From an uncultured Candidatus Saccharibacteria bacterium (lineage in GTDB: Bacteria; Patescibacteriota; Minisyncoccia; Phycocordibacterales; UBA918): 64,000 nt of DNA. The stretch's first letter is position 1; each line of letters starts with the position of its first letter. The notes under the pieces were generated by a model, which was not told the DNA's origin, ran no database searches, and was given only the letters and a program-made list of their open reading frames with translations. The position numbers and the translations under genes are program-made. The stretch spans positions 7,449-71,448 of the forward strand of contig CAZVFY010000003.1 in the NCBI GenBank assembly GCA_964626635.1, written 5' to 3'. Below are positions 45,997 to 55,762 of this stretch, one piece after another.

Positions 45997-48525
45997 TTAG
46001 AGATAGAAGTCTTCCTTACCTTTGTTTGAACCGAGATATGTGATTGTGGACAAAGATACCCCACCAGCAACTCCAAGAGACAGTAGTTTTCTAGCTAACT
46101 CTCGGCGTTGTTGTTCATTTATATCTGACTTACCATCATTAGCCTTTTTTGCCAGAGCTTTAAGAACGTCGGCTGTAAGGTATGGGATGCTGTTACTGTG
46201 TATGGTATTGGTATTGGTGTCGACAAACGCTTCGTATGGTAATGAAGCAATGTCAACTGCCTTACGAGCTTTGCTTTTAGGAGTTGCTCGCCTGGCACCA
46301 TTAATCCATTTTGTTTCAGTGCCAGTAAACATCGCTTTTCGAGTTGGTGCTTGAGCAGCTCGCCTCTTCTGTTCGTCTCCACGCGCTTTTTGGAAAGTGT
46401 CTTTTTGCCGCTGTGTAAACGCATCACTTTTCTTAAAGTCCTCAACTTGAGAATCTGTAAAGCCATGCGCAAAATCTTTAGCGAACTCGTCACCGAGTAT
46501 TTCGATCTGTTGCTTCGTCAGTTTTGCAAACTCATCATTAATGACACGGCCGTTTTCGTCGAGTACGCTACTTTTAATAATATCTTCGTATTCTTTTCCA
46601 AGAGCTTTTTTATCAGCCTCATTGACGTTATCACTTTCAAGCAATTTAGAAACCGTTGGAGCTTTAAGGTAGCGTAGTACTTTCAGTCGATCGTCGTTAG
46701 ACATCTCTTCCAGCTCTTTTAATGAAATGCGATTCGCTGCTTTTTCAGCCGCATCAAGCTTCTGTCGATCGTCTGCAGACATGTTTTCTTGTACCAAGCT
46801 AATATCTTTCGCCGCTTCAATATCACTGTTTCCTGTAGTTTTACGAGCAATCGTAGCAAAATTTTTGTCCTGCTCCGCTACACGCTTACGCTTTTGTTCA
46901 ATGGTTTCAGAGCCTGCAACTGAAGCACTCTCCATTTTTTTGTATGCTGGTGTAAACGTCTTATCCATACCCCGAGCAACTTTTGCGCGCCAACCACCCT
47001 TCTGTGCTTGGAGTGCCATTCTGCGCTGGAAATTTTTTCTGCCTTGTTCAGCCTCTGCACCAAGGGCTTGCGCACCGTATCCAGCCGTGTTTCTAGCCGC
47101 GAATTTACCAGTTCGCATGGCTGCATTACTGGCCATACGTCTCCCTCCTCGCGCCAACCGCTGTCCCGTGCGCATCGCCAGTTTTGATCCATCAGCACTC
47201 AGGTACCCAGCCACCATGACCGACATAATGAGGAACACGGCCGACAGCGCGAATGGTCCGATTCCGGCTGCAATATCCCCCGCAGTGTTGGCTAAACCAG
47301 TTGTGTTGGTGGTAGCACCAGGCATGGCGTCGCCAATAGTTAAAGAATTCTGACCAACAGTAGCCACGATCACCGCCGACGAGAGGTAAATCATGATCAT
47401 GTAGGCGGGTGCAAAGAACGCGCGCCCCAGGAAATTCCGCCAGTATTTTTCCATTGTGCCCCTAAAATTGGGCAGTATCCAGCCAATGAACATCAGCGGT
47501 GAAAACACCATAAACACGCATAGCGCTGCGTATCGGATCAGCAACATGATGGCCCCAGCCATAAACGCAAATATGGCTATGACATACACAATGGCGTTTC
47601 CAAAAATGTAGCCCCACGGTAATACACCGCCCCTGGTCAGGTTACCGTCGGCCGCGAGCGATGTAGTGAGCCTCATGTTATTAAAGAAGGTCTGACCCAC
47701 CAGAATTTCTCCTTCGCGATCCGGAGTAATTGTCGCCTGCGCTGCCCCGGCATTAGGAAAGCCGGCTTGACCAATCTCGGTTGCCAGTAAGTTAGTAAAA
47801 TCAACGATGGCCTTGGAGATAAACAAACTAAAGTTGATTAATAGTGCCGCCATTACAAGGTATGCGAGCGCTTTCTGCGCCCCACCTTCATCGCGCCGTA
47901 AGATCATCTTGAAACCAATGTAGATAATAGCGAAAATAAAGAGAATATTGAACAAGTCGCGCACCAATGCCCATAGCGTATCAATGGCGGAACCAACCCC
48001 ACTGCTGTCAACACTGCTGCCAAATCCAATAACAAAGTCCTTGATGACATAATCTAAAAAGCCAGCTGCCCACCCCGCGAACCAACCGAGGAAACTCATA
48101 ACAATGAAATAAATTTTACCCTCGAGGCTGTCGTAATCAGACCAGCTGCGTACTTCTACCTGGGGGTTCCGGGCATCGTTCCCTGTACCGGCAGCTCTAG
48201 TGACACCGGCCGGAGCACCGGGAGGTGTGACCACGCCCGGGCTCACACTGTTTCCGGTCGGCGTGGTAGGGGTAGTGGGGACGGGACTAAGGTTGTTAAC
48301 CGCCGCATCAAAACTCGGCAGTCCGTTCGATCCAGTCGGAATAGGAGGTGGTGTAACCGCCGCATCAAAACTCGGCAGTCCGTTCGAGCCAGTTGGGAGA
48401 GAGGGTGTATCATTTGTCTGGGCTTTTGCCGCAGCGGGCGGTATCAGGAAAATACTGATGATGGCTAGGCACCAAACCCAAAATCGCAGCGCGGGTGTAA
48501 GAGTAAGATATATAGAGTGTTTCAT
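45997..48525 (-). CDS. TrbL/VirB6-like polytopic membrane protein with an N-terminal repeat region and a long charged C-terminal tail
   Basis: 842 aa. Central cluster of at least 6 TM helices. N-terminal tandem TGSNGLPSFDAAV repeats. C-terminal Lys/Glu-rich domain. Confidence 0.55.
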   Translation of the reverse strand: MKHSIYLTLTPALRFWVWCLAIISIFLIPPAAAKAQTNDTPSLPTGSNGLPSFDAAVTPPPIPTGSNGLPSFDAAVNNLSPVPTTPTTPTGNSVSPGVVTPPGAPAGVTRAAGTGNDARNPQVEVRSWSDYDSLEGKIYFIVMSFLGWFAGWAAGFLDYVIKDFVIGFGSSVDSSGVGSAIDTLWALVRDLFNILFIFAIIYIGFKMILRRDEGGAQKALAYLVMAALLINFSLFISKAIVDFTNLLATEIGQAGFPNAGAAQATITPDREGEILVGQTFFNNMRLTTSLAADGNLTRGGVLPWGYIFGNAIVYVIAIFAFMAGAIMLLIRYAALCVFMVFSPLMFIGWILPNFRGTMEKYWRNFLGRAFFAPAYMIMIYLSSAVIVATVGQNSLTIGDAMPGATTNTTGLANTAGDIAAGIGPFALSAVFLIMSVMVAGYLSADGSKLAMRTGQRLARGGRRMASNAAMRTGKFAARNTAGYGAQALGAEAEQGRKNFQRRMALQAQKGGWRAKVARGMDKTFTPAYKKMESASVAGSETIEQKRKRVAEQDKNFATIARKTTGNSDIEAAKDISLVQENMSADDRQKLDAAEKAANRISLKELEEMSNDDRLKVLRYLKAPTVSKLLESDNVNEADKKALGKEYEDIIKSSVLDENGRVINDEFAKLTKQQIEILGDEFAKDFAHGFTDSQVEDFKKSDAFTQRQKDTFQKARGDEQKRRAAQAPTRKAMFTGTETKWINGARRATPKSKARKAVDIASLPYEAFVDTNTNTIHSNSIPYLTADVLKALAKKANDGKSDINEQQRRELARKLLSLGVAGGVSLSTITYLGSNKGKEDFYL
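48298..48411. repeat. Two tandem copies of a 57-bp unit inside the VirB6-like gene (encodes PTGSNGLPSFDAAV)
   Basis: AACCGCCGCATCAAAACTCGGCAGTCCGTTCGA(T/G)CC occurs at 48298 and 48355. Confidence 0.7.
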
Positions 48526-48537
48526 ATAATATCTACT

Positions 48538-50073
48538 CTAGTTGCGGCTGTCATTTGCTGGTCTCAATGGTGGCGGTACGTTCGGTCCAGCTTCGAGAGT
48601 AGTGGTGGTGGCCTGCTCCCTATAAGGGTCAATACTATTTGTTAACCGCAAAGGTGTAGCACCGAGCGCGGTCGCCGGCACTACGATGCCAAGGTCATCA
48701 GCGGTGCGCGTCCAGTTTTCGATTCGCGAGTCGGCCTGAGACTTGGTTTGAGAACTAAGATTAGAATATTCGATTAGCACTTCAATTTGTTCGCTTTCGT
48801 CTGGGGTTTGATACCGTATTTCTAATACCTCTAGTTCAGTAATCAACAATCGGCTGTCGGCCAATCGCCTCTCGATGTCAGCGAGTGCAGTTTGGGCTCG
48901 ATTTCGGTTTGTAGAATTAGTACTGTTGGCAATGAACAATACATAGCCAGTCCGCAGTGCCTCGGCCCGGGCAACAAAATCACGCTCAATTTCTAGCGAC
49001 CGACTGATAATATTGTCAGTGTCAGTGCCACTGACTGTCGCTCTACCAGAATCATTATATAAGTCGTCAAGAAACGAGCTAGAACCGCCTGAACGCCCTC
49101 CCCCCGGATCAGATAGGCCGAGTAATCCTGATACGCCTGAGAGTGCTTTGTTTGCTAACTGCGCCAATAAGGCTGAGATCAGCTCATTTACTTCATCAGC
49201 CTCTACTAACGTATCTTGCCCAGCACCCAGCGCCTTATTGATCTGGGCAGCAATAACCTGACCTGGTTTTACGATCGAGCAGTTTTTAGTGCCGGTCACG
49301 CCTTGTAGGGGTTCGCACACTCGCTGCGAGAGGAAACCACCACCGAACTTGAGGAGGTCGACTTCCTGTCCCTGGGCATTGATGATCCGGGCTCTCGCCT
49401 GTCCTTCGGCGGTGAGGACGGCACCGTACGGTGTATAGGTTTGCGGCGTGGCGGTGATTGTGAGCCAGTCACGGATACCGCCGCTCGTGTCTACACCATC
49501 AATGAAGCCCTGGATATTGCTGACAATACCCGATAAGCGACACGCTGGCGCCGACCCCCCTGCTCGCCCACGCTGATACTGGGTTTCAATGGCAATCTGC
49601 ACATCTAGTTTGAAGGGCGAACAAATAAACGAACCAATGCCACTGTCACCACCAATCTGGCTAATCAAATTGCCAATTTCCTGATCGGCAATATCAGTTA
49701 AAAAACCAGTAAAATCTTGTATAAATGCTGGTCTACCCTGAAACCCTGAGTTGACCCAGTTGATCAGACTGCGAATCATACCGGACATAATACGCTTGGC
49801 AATTGCCCACCCTAGGCCGTCGAGTACATTATCATTTAACCATGAACCAGCAGTACTAACTGCGGTTATTGTATTTTGTGCCAAGTTTGAACCCAGGAGC
49901 GTATTGTTCGCCAACTGCGTGAATTCCGTCGCGCCAGCCCCTAGACCACCCCCCGCCTGTACAGGCTGGACATTATTGCTCGGTAATTGTGGGGTGTAGG
50001 TAGCAACGAACCCAACCACCACAAGTAATCCTAATACAACTGCTTTTTTTAAGAATAGAAAGAATACAGTCAT
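48538..50073 (-). CDS. Secreted/anchored protein of the T4SS-like operon (511 aa)
   Basis: N-terminal TM/signal. Gly-rich. No motif. Confidence 0.5.
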   Translation of the reverse strand: MTVFFLFLKKAVVLGLLVVVGFVATYTPQLPSNNVQPVQAGGGLGAGATEFTQLANNTLLGSNLAQNTITAVSTAGSWLNDNVLDGLGWAIAKRIMSGMIRSLINWVNSGFQGRPAFIQDFTGFLTDIADQEIGNLISQIGGDSGIGSFICSPFKLDVQIAIETQYQRGRAGGSAPACRLSGIVSNIQGFIDGVDTSGGIRDWLTITATPQTYTPYGAVLTAEGQARARIINAQGQEVDLLKFGGGFLSQRVCEPLQGVTGTKNCSIVKPGQVIAAQINKALGAGQDTLVEADEVNELISALLAQLANKALSGVSGLLGLSDPGGGRSGGSSSFLDDLYNDSGRATVSGTDTDNIISRSLEIERDFVARAEALRTGYVLFIANSTNSTNRNRAQTALADIERRLADSRLLITELEVLEIRYQTPDESEQIEVLIEYSNLSSQTKSQADSRIENWTRTADDLGIVVPATALGATPLRLTNSIDPYREQATTTTLEAGPNVPPPLRPANDSRN

Positions 50074-50076
50074 GCG

Positions 50077-50970
50077 CTAAGAAGTAAATTGTGGACTAAA
50101 TATCGCAAACAATACCGCAGGGTCGTCGTTGGTCACTAGTGACGAGTATGGCAGTAAGGCTCGATACATATTTTGTAGAGCGTATTGTAACCCCAGGGCG
50201 TCGTCTTCATAACGTTTGAGGCGCATGAGCGCAAAGGCGGGGTCTTCAAGCGTGATAGCCATCGCCTCAACGTCTTTATGTAAGGCGTGGTACGTATTGA
50301 TCAGGTCTAAATGCTCTTTTACGAATGTGCGCGGGACCGGTGTCTGTAACATATCGTCGCGCATACCAGCGTAAGCGGCCGAAATCAGTTGTAATTCAGC
50401 AATTCCTTGGGGATCTTCGGTTTGTAGTGCATCGTACAAGATAAATAATTCTCCTTGCTCGAGAACGACGTTGTTGTTTGTGATGGCTAAAGCTGCGGTG
50501 TTGGCATAATTGACAATATCTTCATTTTCCCAATCATCCATGATCTCTAGTTGACGGGCACTATAGAGTTTGTGAGCAGTTTCTGCAGCCAGTACGTCTA
50601 CGGTATCAGACACGAGTTCGTCGGTACTGCGGCCGAATGTACCTTGGGTTTTGGTGAGGAGATACGATTCAATAAAGTTCTCGCCAAGGCGCCCGGTCAA
50701 GGTGGTTGGTGGCACGTATGGTTCGGTGGATTCAGGTGCAGGCACAAGAATTTCTGCGTTATCGACAAACTCATCTCGCCAATCTTCGATACCGTTATTG
50801 TCCGTGTCTACTACTACAATTGCCTCACGAACCGGCACTGCAGATTGCGACACGATTGCCGTTTGGCGTTCTGGCATATAGCCAAAATTACGCATAACAA
50901 AAGCACCTGCCACCAACGCCACACCCACCAAGATAGAACCGATTATTCGGGGATGTAGATAACCTGCCAT
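50077..50970 (-). CDS. N-terminally anchored protein, possibly VirB8-like (297 aa)
   Basis: Single N-terminal TM followed by a ~250-aa extracytoplasmic domain. First gene of the cluster after rsmA. Confidence 0.4.
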   Translation of the reverse strand: MAGYLHPRIIGSILVGVALVAGAFVMRNFGYMPERQTAIVSQSAVPVREAIVVVDTDNNGIEDWRDEFVDNAEILVPAPESTEPYVPPTTLTGRLGENFIESYLLTKTQGTFGRSTDELVSDTVDVLAAETAHKLYSARQLEIMDDWENEDIVNYANTAALAITNNNVVLEQGELFILYDALQTEDPQGIAELQLISAAYAGMRDDMLQTPVPRTFVKEHLDLINTYHALHKDVEAMAITLEDPAFALMRLKRYEDDALGLQYALQNMYRALLPYSSLVTNDDPAVLFAIFSPQFTS

Positions 50971-51005
50971 ATTAGAAAGTATACCGACTGAGGAAACTGG
51001 TTTCG

Positions 51006-51824
51006 TTATCCCCTACTGTCGTCTGTGTATAAGTGGTGGAACAAGTGGATAAACTGGGTAAATGGTATATCCTCGGCGCGCACGGTTGGGGATAGCTCTA
51101 ATTTGTGCAGTGTGGACACTAGTACGTCGCGTTCGACTGTCGCGGCGAGGTTGCGCACCAGCTGTTTGCGCTTGCCGGCGAACGCGGTGTGTAGGAAAGA
51201 AAAATACGCGGCTGCAGGCACACCCCGCAAGGCAGCGTTCGAAATAGCGCGGACTGCAATGATGGCCGAATCAACTGCCGGCGGCGGCGTAAAATGTCCC
51301 CGCTTGACAGTGCATATATATGCAGGTTCACCAAACACGCGAATCGCATACGACAAGATCGATCCTTTAGGATCACGAGCAATCCGTTCCGCCACTTCCC
51401 TTTGTGCGAGGAATACTAGATCAGTTGGTTGCACAGCAGTCTCGAGGCACTGCCGAAACAATAGGCCGGACAGGTAGTACGGAATGTTGGCGACCGTTTT
51501 GTAGCTGCCACTTAGGAGGCCGTATGACGCTAAATCCAAATGCCGTGCGTCACCGTGATGAATGGTGAGCTGCCCTCCGTTGACCTCACTCGGAAATGTG
51601 TTTTGGAGAGACGTGATAGCGCGCGCGTCAGTTTCGAGCGCGACGACCCGCGCGCCGCGCTCCAACAACACGCGGGTGAGCGCCCCGGTGCCGGGACCAA
51701 TTTCGAACACAACGTCCCCCGCAGCGACGTTCGCTGCGTCGCACATTTTGTGCGGGATGTGATCGGAGTTAAGGAAGTGTTGGCCGAGGGACTTTTTGTG
51801 TTGAAAACGCTCGCTTTTATTCAT
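51006..51824 (-). CDS. rsmA: 16S rRNA (adenine1518/1519-N6)-dimethyltransferase RsmA/KsgA
   Basis: KKSLGQHFL, VFEIGPGTGALT. Confidence 0.85.
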   Translation of the reverse strand: MNKSERFQHKKSLGQHFLNSDHIPHKMCDAANVAAGDVVFEIGPGTGALTRVLLERGARVVALETDARAITSLQNTFPSEVNGGQLTIHHGDARHLDLASYGLLSGSYKTVANIPYYLSGLLFRQCLETAVQPTDLVFLAQREVAERIARDPKGSILSYAIRVFGEPAYICTVKRGHFTPPPAVDSAIIAVRAISNAALRGVPAAAYFSFLHTAFAGKRKQLVRNLAATVERDVLVSTLHKLELSPTVRAEDIPFTQFIHLFHHLYTDDSRG

Positions 51825-51850
51825 GCTAGCACAGTGACAGAAATGATGGA

Positions 51851-53833
51851 TTAGTCAAGATACACTGTCGTTTCGTACCCGCTCGCTTCCCCGCCGCCGT
51901 ATCCACCAGGCTCTGCGGCTTCGACGTACTGGGGCGAGATGTCATTTAGAAATTCTGACGGCAAGTTCACGCGCGATTGCCCGAACACCGTGCGCATATG
52001 CGCGTACGTAAGAAAGATCTTTTTCTCGGCGCGCGTGAGCGCGACGTAAAACAGTCGACGCTCTTCTTCGGTATCGATCCGTCCATCATCGATCCGTTCG
52101 TGCGGGAACAACCCTTGCTCTAGTCCAGTGATAAACACGTACGGGAACTCCAGACCCTTGGCGGCGTGGATCGTCATGAGGCGTACGGCGTTCATCTCCT
52201 CTTTATCTTTCATGGTGTCCTGGTCGCTCTCGAGGGCTGCACTTTCCAGCATGGTTTCGATCGCCTCCTCGGGCGGCAGCGTGTCGTAGCGCGTGGCGAG
52301 TGTCACCAACTCACGCAGGTTTTCGATCCGCTCGAGTGCGTCCTCGGTCCCTTCATCTTTGAGGGTGTCTTCGATGCCGCTGCGCTTCATGATGAATTTG
52401 ATCGTCGCAGACAGTCGCTCGGTCCGGGCCGTTCTGGCTACATCCATCATGATCGCATCAAACTGCCCGACCTTAGCGGCGGCGCCGGCATTGAGGTCGC
52501 CACGTCTCCCCTCGATGACTTTGAGCATCGTGACCTTGCCGATGCCGCGCGCGGGGGTGTTGATGATGCGCACGAGGTCGGCGTTGCTGCCGGGATTGAG
52601 CGATAGTCGCAAGTATGAGAGTACGTCTTTTACTTCTTTTCGTTCAAAGAACTTGGTACCAAGCAGTTGGTACGGGATATCGAACCCGAGGAAGGCTTCT
52701 TCTAGTACGCGCGACTGAAAGTTCGTCCGGTACAACACCGCGATGTCGGTCGGCTCGGCACCCGAGGCGATCAGGTCGCTCGCGGTGAGCGCAATGTATT
52801 CCGCCTCATCGTAGCCAGACATGCCAGCGTACAAGGTGACTTTGTCCCCCTCACGGTTGTTGGTAAAGACGGTTTTGTCGACGCGGTTTTTGTTCTTTTT
52901 AATAATGTCATTACTCGCGCCGATGATGGTCTGGGTCGAGCGGTAGTTCTCTTCAAGGAGGATGGTGTGTGCGTTCGGGAAGTGACGCTCGAACTGCAAG
53001 ACGTTTTTAATATCCGCGCCGCGCCACGAATAGATTGACTGGTCGATGTCCCCGACGACACATATATTATTGTGTCCCCCTGCGAGCAACTCGGCGATAT
53101 GAAACTGGACTTTGTTCGTGTCCTGGTACTCGTCGATGTGAATGTACTGGTAACGAGTCTGTAGAGTTTCACGAACCAGTAGGTTAGAGCGTAACAAGCG
53201 TAATGTCTTGACGAGAAGGTCATCGAAGTCGAGTGCCTGTTCGTTGTGCAGCGCCGTTTCGTATTTGTCCCAGACACTTGCGACCACTTCCTCAAAGTAC
53301 GAAGATGCGGCGTCAGAGTAAGCGAGGCGGTCTACGGCATCACCCTTGGCGCGCGAAACGGCACCGAGGATTTTCTTGGGTTCGAATTCTTTGGGGTTGT
53401 AGCCGGCGTCAGTGACAGCAGTTTTCATGACCCGCAGTTGGTCCGAGCGATCGTAGATCGTAAAGTGGCGACGCAGTCCCGCTGTCTCATGGAACTCACG
53501 CAGTAGTCTCACACCGAGCGAGTGGAATGTCGTAACGACCGGCCAGCCGTCCAGGGTCGCCCGGTGGGTGGGGGGATACTGCTGGGTGAGAGTCGTGGCG
53601 CGTTCTCGCATTTCGGTGGCGGCTTTGTTCGTAAATGTCACCGCGAGGATGTTATGCGGCGCCACACCGGTATGAATCAGGTGGACGATGCGGTGGGTGA
53701 TGACGCGGGTCTTACCCGACCCTGCCCCAGCCAGCACCATCAGCGGCCCGTCGGTGTGTAACACTGCCTGTTGCTGTGGTTCATTAAGACTTTCTAAATA
53801 TGGTGGAACTGATGATGAGGTGGCGTCAGACAT
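51851..53833 (-). CDS. pcrA: UvrD/PcrA-family DNA helicase
   Basis: LNEPQQQAV, Walker A AGAGSGKT, and helicase motifs through to the C-terminus. Start placed at the internal ATG (MSDAT); upstream in-frame sequence lacks homology. Confidence 0.85.
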   Translation of the reverse strand: MSDATSSSVPPYLESLNEPQQQAVLHTDGPLMVLAGAGSGKTRVITHRIVHLIHTGVAPHNILAVTFTNKAATEMRERATTLTQQYPPTHRATLDGWPVVTTFHSLGVRLLREFHETAGLRRHFTIYDRSDQLRVMKTAVTDAGYNPKEFEPKKILGAVSRAKGDAVDRLAYSDAASSYFEEVVASVWDKYETALHNEQALDFDDLLVKTLRLLRSNLLVRETLQTRYQYIHIDEYQDTNKVQFHIAELLAGGHNNICVVGDIDQSIYSWRGADIKNVLQFERHFPNAHTILLEENYRSTQTIIGASNDIIKKNKNRVDKTVFTNNREGDKVTLYAGMSGYDEAEYIALTASDLIASGAEPTDIAVLYRTNFQSRVLEEAFLGFDIPYQLLGTKFFERKEVKDVLSYLRLSLNPGSNADLVRIINTPARGIGKVTMLKVIEGRRGDLNAGAAAKVGQFDAIMMDVARTARTERLSATIKFIMKRSGIEDTLKDEGTEDALERIENLRELVTLATRYDTLPPEEAIETMLESAALESDQDTMKDKEEMNAVRLMTIHAAKGLEFPYVFITGLEQGLFPHERIDDGRIDTEEERRLFYVALTRAEKKIFLTYAHMRTVFGQSRVNLPSEFLNDISPQYVEAAEPGGYGGGEASGYETTVYLD

Positions 53834-53977
53834 GTGTAGTGGAATGAACGATGAGTAAGATACGGGCATGGTAGCACGCGGGTGGGTGGGGATGAAACAG
53901 GGTAGCTGATGGATGGGTTCCTTGTGATACGACGGAAAACTTGTATGCTGAAGACCGGTAACCCGCAGGAGGTAAAA

Positions 53978-54256
53978 ATGGTTCCTTTGGAAATGAGTTA
54001 TTGGTGTCACGGAGAAAGTAAGGGTCGGTCGGTGTATCGCATTGGGACTGTCGATATGTCCGACGTGAACTTCCCGCCCAATGACGTGCTTGAAACAGAG
54101 TGGGATCAGGTGTTCTCTAAGTGGTCTGGGGCGCTGCGTGTCTTTGATCGCGGTGCCTGCAACTGCATAACCGTTGAGATTCCCGCTAGGATCAATCAGG
54201 TATGCCGAGAGAAGTTCGTGGACCGCCTGTCCCAACTGGTGCAACCAGTGCAGTAG
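53978..54256 (+). CDS. Small hypothetical protein (92 aa)
   Basis: Perfect AGGAGG RBS 6 nt upstream. Followed by a strong GC hairpin terminator. Confidence 0.5.
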   Translation: MVPLEMSYWCHGESKGRSVYRIGTVDMSDVNFPPNDVLETEWDQVFSKWSGALRVFDRGACNCITVEIPARINQVCREKFVDRLSQLVQPVQ

Positions 54257-54285
54257 GTCGAGATTTCTTTCTCGTAGCCACTGCC

Positions 54286-54330
54286 TCCCCCGGCGCGCAT
54301 GCGTGCCGGGGGGTTCTTTCTTTTTAAACG
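54286..54330 (+). terminator. Intrinsic terminator CCCCCGGCGCGCATGCGTGCCGGGGGG + T-rich tail. The same stem is reused at 58652..58690.
   Basis: Near-identical 24-nt hairpin at two loci. Confidence 0.7.
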
Positions 54331-54399
54331 TGTACATATTAATAATGAGCAGTTGCATCGTCGTACACTGTAATTGTTACTGAACTATAAAAACGAATC

Positions 54400-55455
54400 A
54401 TGATTTCACAAGAACTTCTCGGCTACATCGGTCAACAAACGGCGGCTGGCGTTGCGACCGCTGATATTCGCCACGCGCTCATTACCTCTGGCTGGGACCA
54501 AGCGACGGTTGATGCAGCACTGTCCGGACGAACTGCCGGCAACGCACCGACACCGGCCGCGGTGCCAGCGGCGACACAACTATCCCAATCTGACGCGGCC
54601 GCGCAGGTAGAGCGGATGGGTCGCTTCAAAGCAAGCTGGCTCCTTTTGCGGCAATCAGCTGGGCTCTTAGGAAAGGATAAAGAAATTCTCCTCTTCCCAG
54701 TCTGTTCTGGTGTATTTTTGACTATACAGCTACTGCTGTTTGTCGCGGTCATTTCATTCATAGAGTGGGATCAGTACGAAGACTCAATCGTGGACGTATT
54801 GCTCTATGGGGCGCTCTTTGTGTATTACGTGGGCGCGTATTTCATTCTCACCTTCTTTCGAGTGGCGCTGACAGCAGTGGTATACGAGCGGATCAATGGT
54901 AGTGATATTGGGTTTCGGGACGGGGTGTCTCGCGCCAAGAGCATCGGAGGTAAACTATTTGCCTGGAGTCTCATCGCTGCGACGGTTGGAATCATTCTCA
55001 AGATTATTTCTGATCGATCGAAGTGGCTCGGCAAGTTGGTCGCATCGTTGTTGGGGGTGGCGTGGAATATCGCCACGATGTTCATCGCACCTACCCTGCT
55101 GCTAGATAACGTGTCAGTCACTAAGTCAATTAAAAACTCAGCCAACGTATTTAAACAAACCTGGGGCGAATCAATCATCTTGAATGTGTCACTTTCGCTC
55201 ATACAGACAATCGTGATCTTTGGGCTGGTGCTGTTCTACATCAGTCTTGCTTTGCTGCTGGCGTCTGCGGGTGTGGGTGTCTTCGCTCTCGTTGCGGTGG
55301 CGGTCCTCGGTATCGTTACCTTGAGTATTGCGATCATTATCTTTTCAACACTCGAGCAAGTGTTTCGGGTAGCACTCTACTCCTACGCGCGCTTTGGCGT
55401 CATCGCCGAAGGGTTCTCACCTGAATTAATTGTTGGTGCGGCAAAATCAAAATAA
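54400..55455 (+). CDS. Polytopic membrane protein with an N-terminal soluble domain (351 aa)
   Basis: At least 6 TM helices after a ~70-aa N-terminal region. Confidence 0.5.
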   Translation: MISQELLGYIGQQTAAGVATADIRHALITSGWDQATVDAALSGRTAGNAPTPAAVPAATQLSQSDAAAQVERMGRFKASWLLLRQSAGLLGKDKEILLFPVCSGVFLTIQLLLFVAVISFIEWDQYEDSIVDVLLYGALFVYYVGAYFILTFFRVALTAVVYERINGSDIGFRDGVSRAKSIGGKLFAWSLIAATVGIILKIISDRSKWLGKLVASLLGVAWNIATMFIAPTLLLDNVSVTKSIKNSANVFKQTWGESIILNVSLSLIQTIVIFGLVLFYISLALLLASAGVGVFALVAVAVLGIVTLSIAIIIFSTLEQVFRVALYSYARFGVIAEGFSPELIVGAAKSK

Positions 55456-55459
55456 GTAC

Positions 55460-55488
55460 TTGACAAATTTTCTACTACCCGCTACTAT
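55460..55488 (+). promoter_or_regulatory. Sigma70-like promoter: TTGACA, 17 nt, TACTAT
   Basis: Consensus -35, optimal spacer, 5/6 match in the -10. Confidence 0.5.
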
Positions 55489-55500
55489 CAAACCTGAAGT

Positions 55501-55578
55501 ATGAATGTATTTATTTGTCCAATGCGCCGTCACTGGAAGAGCCTCGAGGAGGTGTGTGTTCTGCGTTATGACCGGTAA
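55501..55578 (+). other. 25-codon ORF (MNVFICPMRRHWKSLEEVCVLRYDR). It sits directly after the promoter and before a strong terminator, and could be an sRNA or a leader peptide.
   Basis: ATG about 5 nt from the predicted TSS (leaderless-like). Terminator at 55605..55649. Confidence 0.3.
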
Positions 55579-55604
55579 ATAGATTCATCAAATTACCCCA
55601 GAAC

Positions 55605-55649
55605 CAAACCACCCTTCTCGCTTCGGCCAGAGGGGTGGTTTGTTTTTGA
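55605..55649 (+). terminator. Strong intrinsic terminator (CAAACCACCCTTCTCG ctt CGGCCAGAGGGGTGGTTTG TTTTT)
   Basis: 15-bp stem, T-run. Confidence 0.7.
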
Positions 55650-55762
55650 CTAACGGTCGGTACGCTCATGGGGTCTAGAAGCCATGAGCGTGGCGCCCAT
55701 TAGAACTATCTAGGAATAGTGGGTGCCGCGCTTGTTCTTTTTCACAACTCATGGAGGTGGCT

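Noticed and set aside
52166-53761. Plus-strand ORFs (146, 141, 174, 86, 79 aa) inside pcrA
   Set aside because: They are antisense to a helicase CDS whose motifs are conserved along its whole length.
54400-55455. Possible second membrane-component of a transporter or secretion system
   Set aside because: There is no partner ATPase or signature motif. I left it as a generic polytopic membrane protein.
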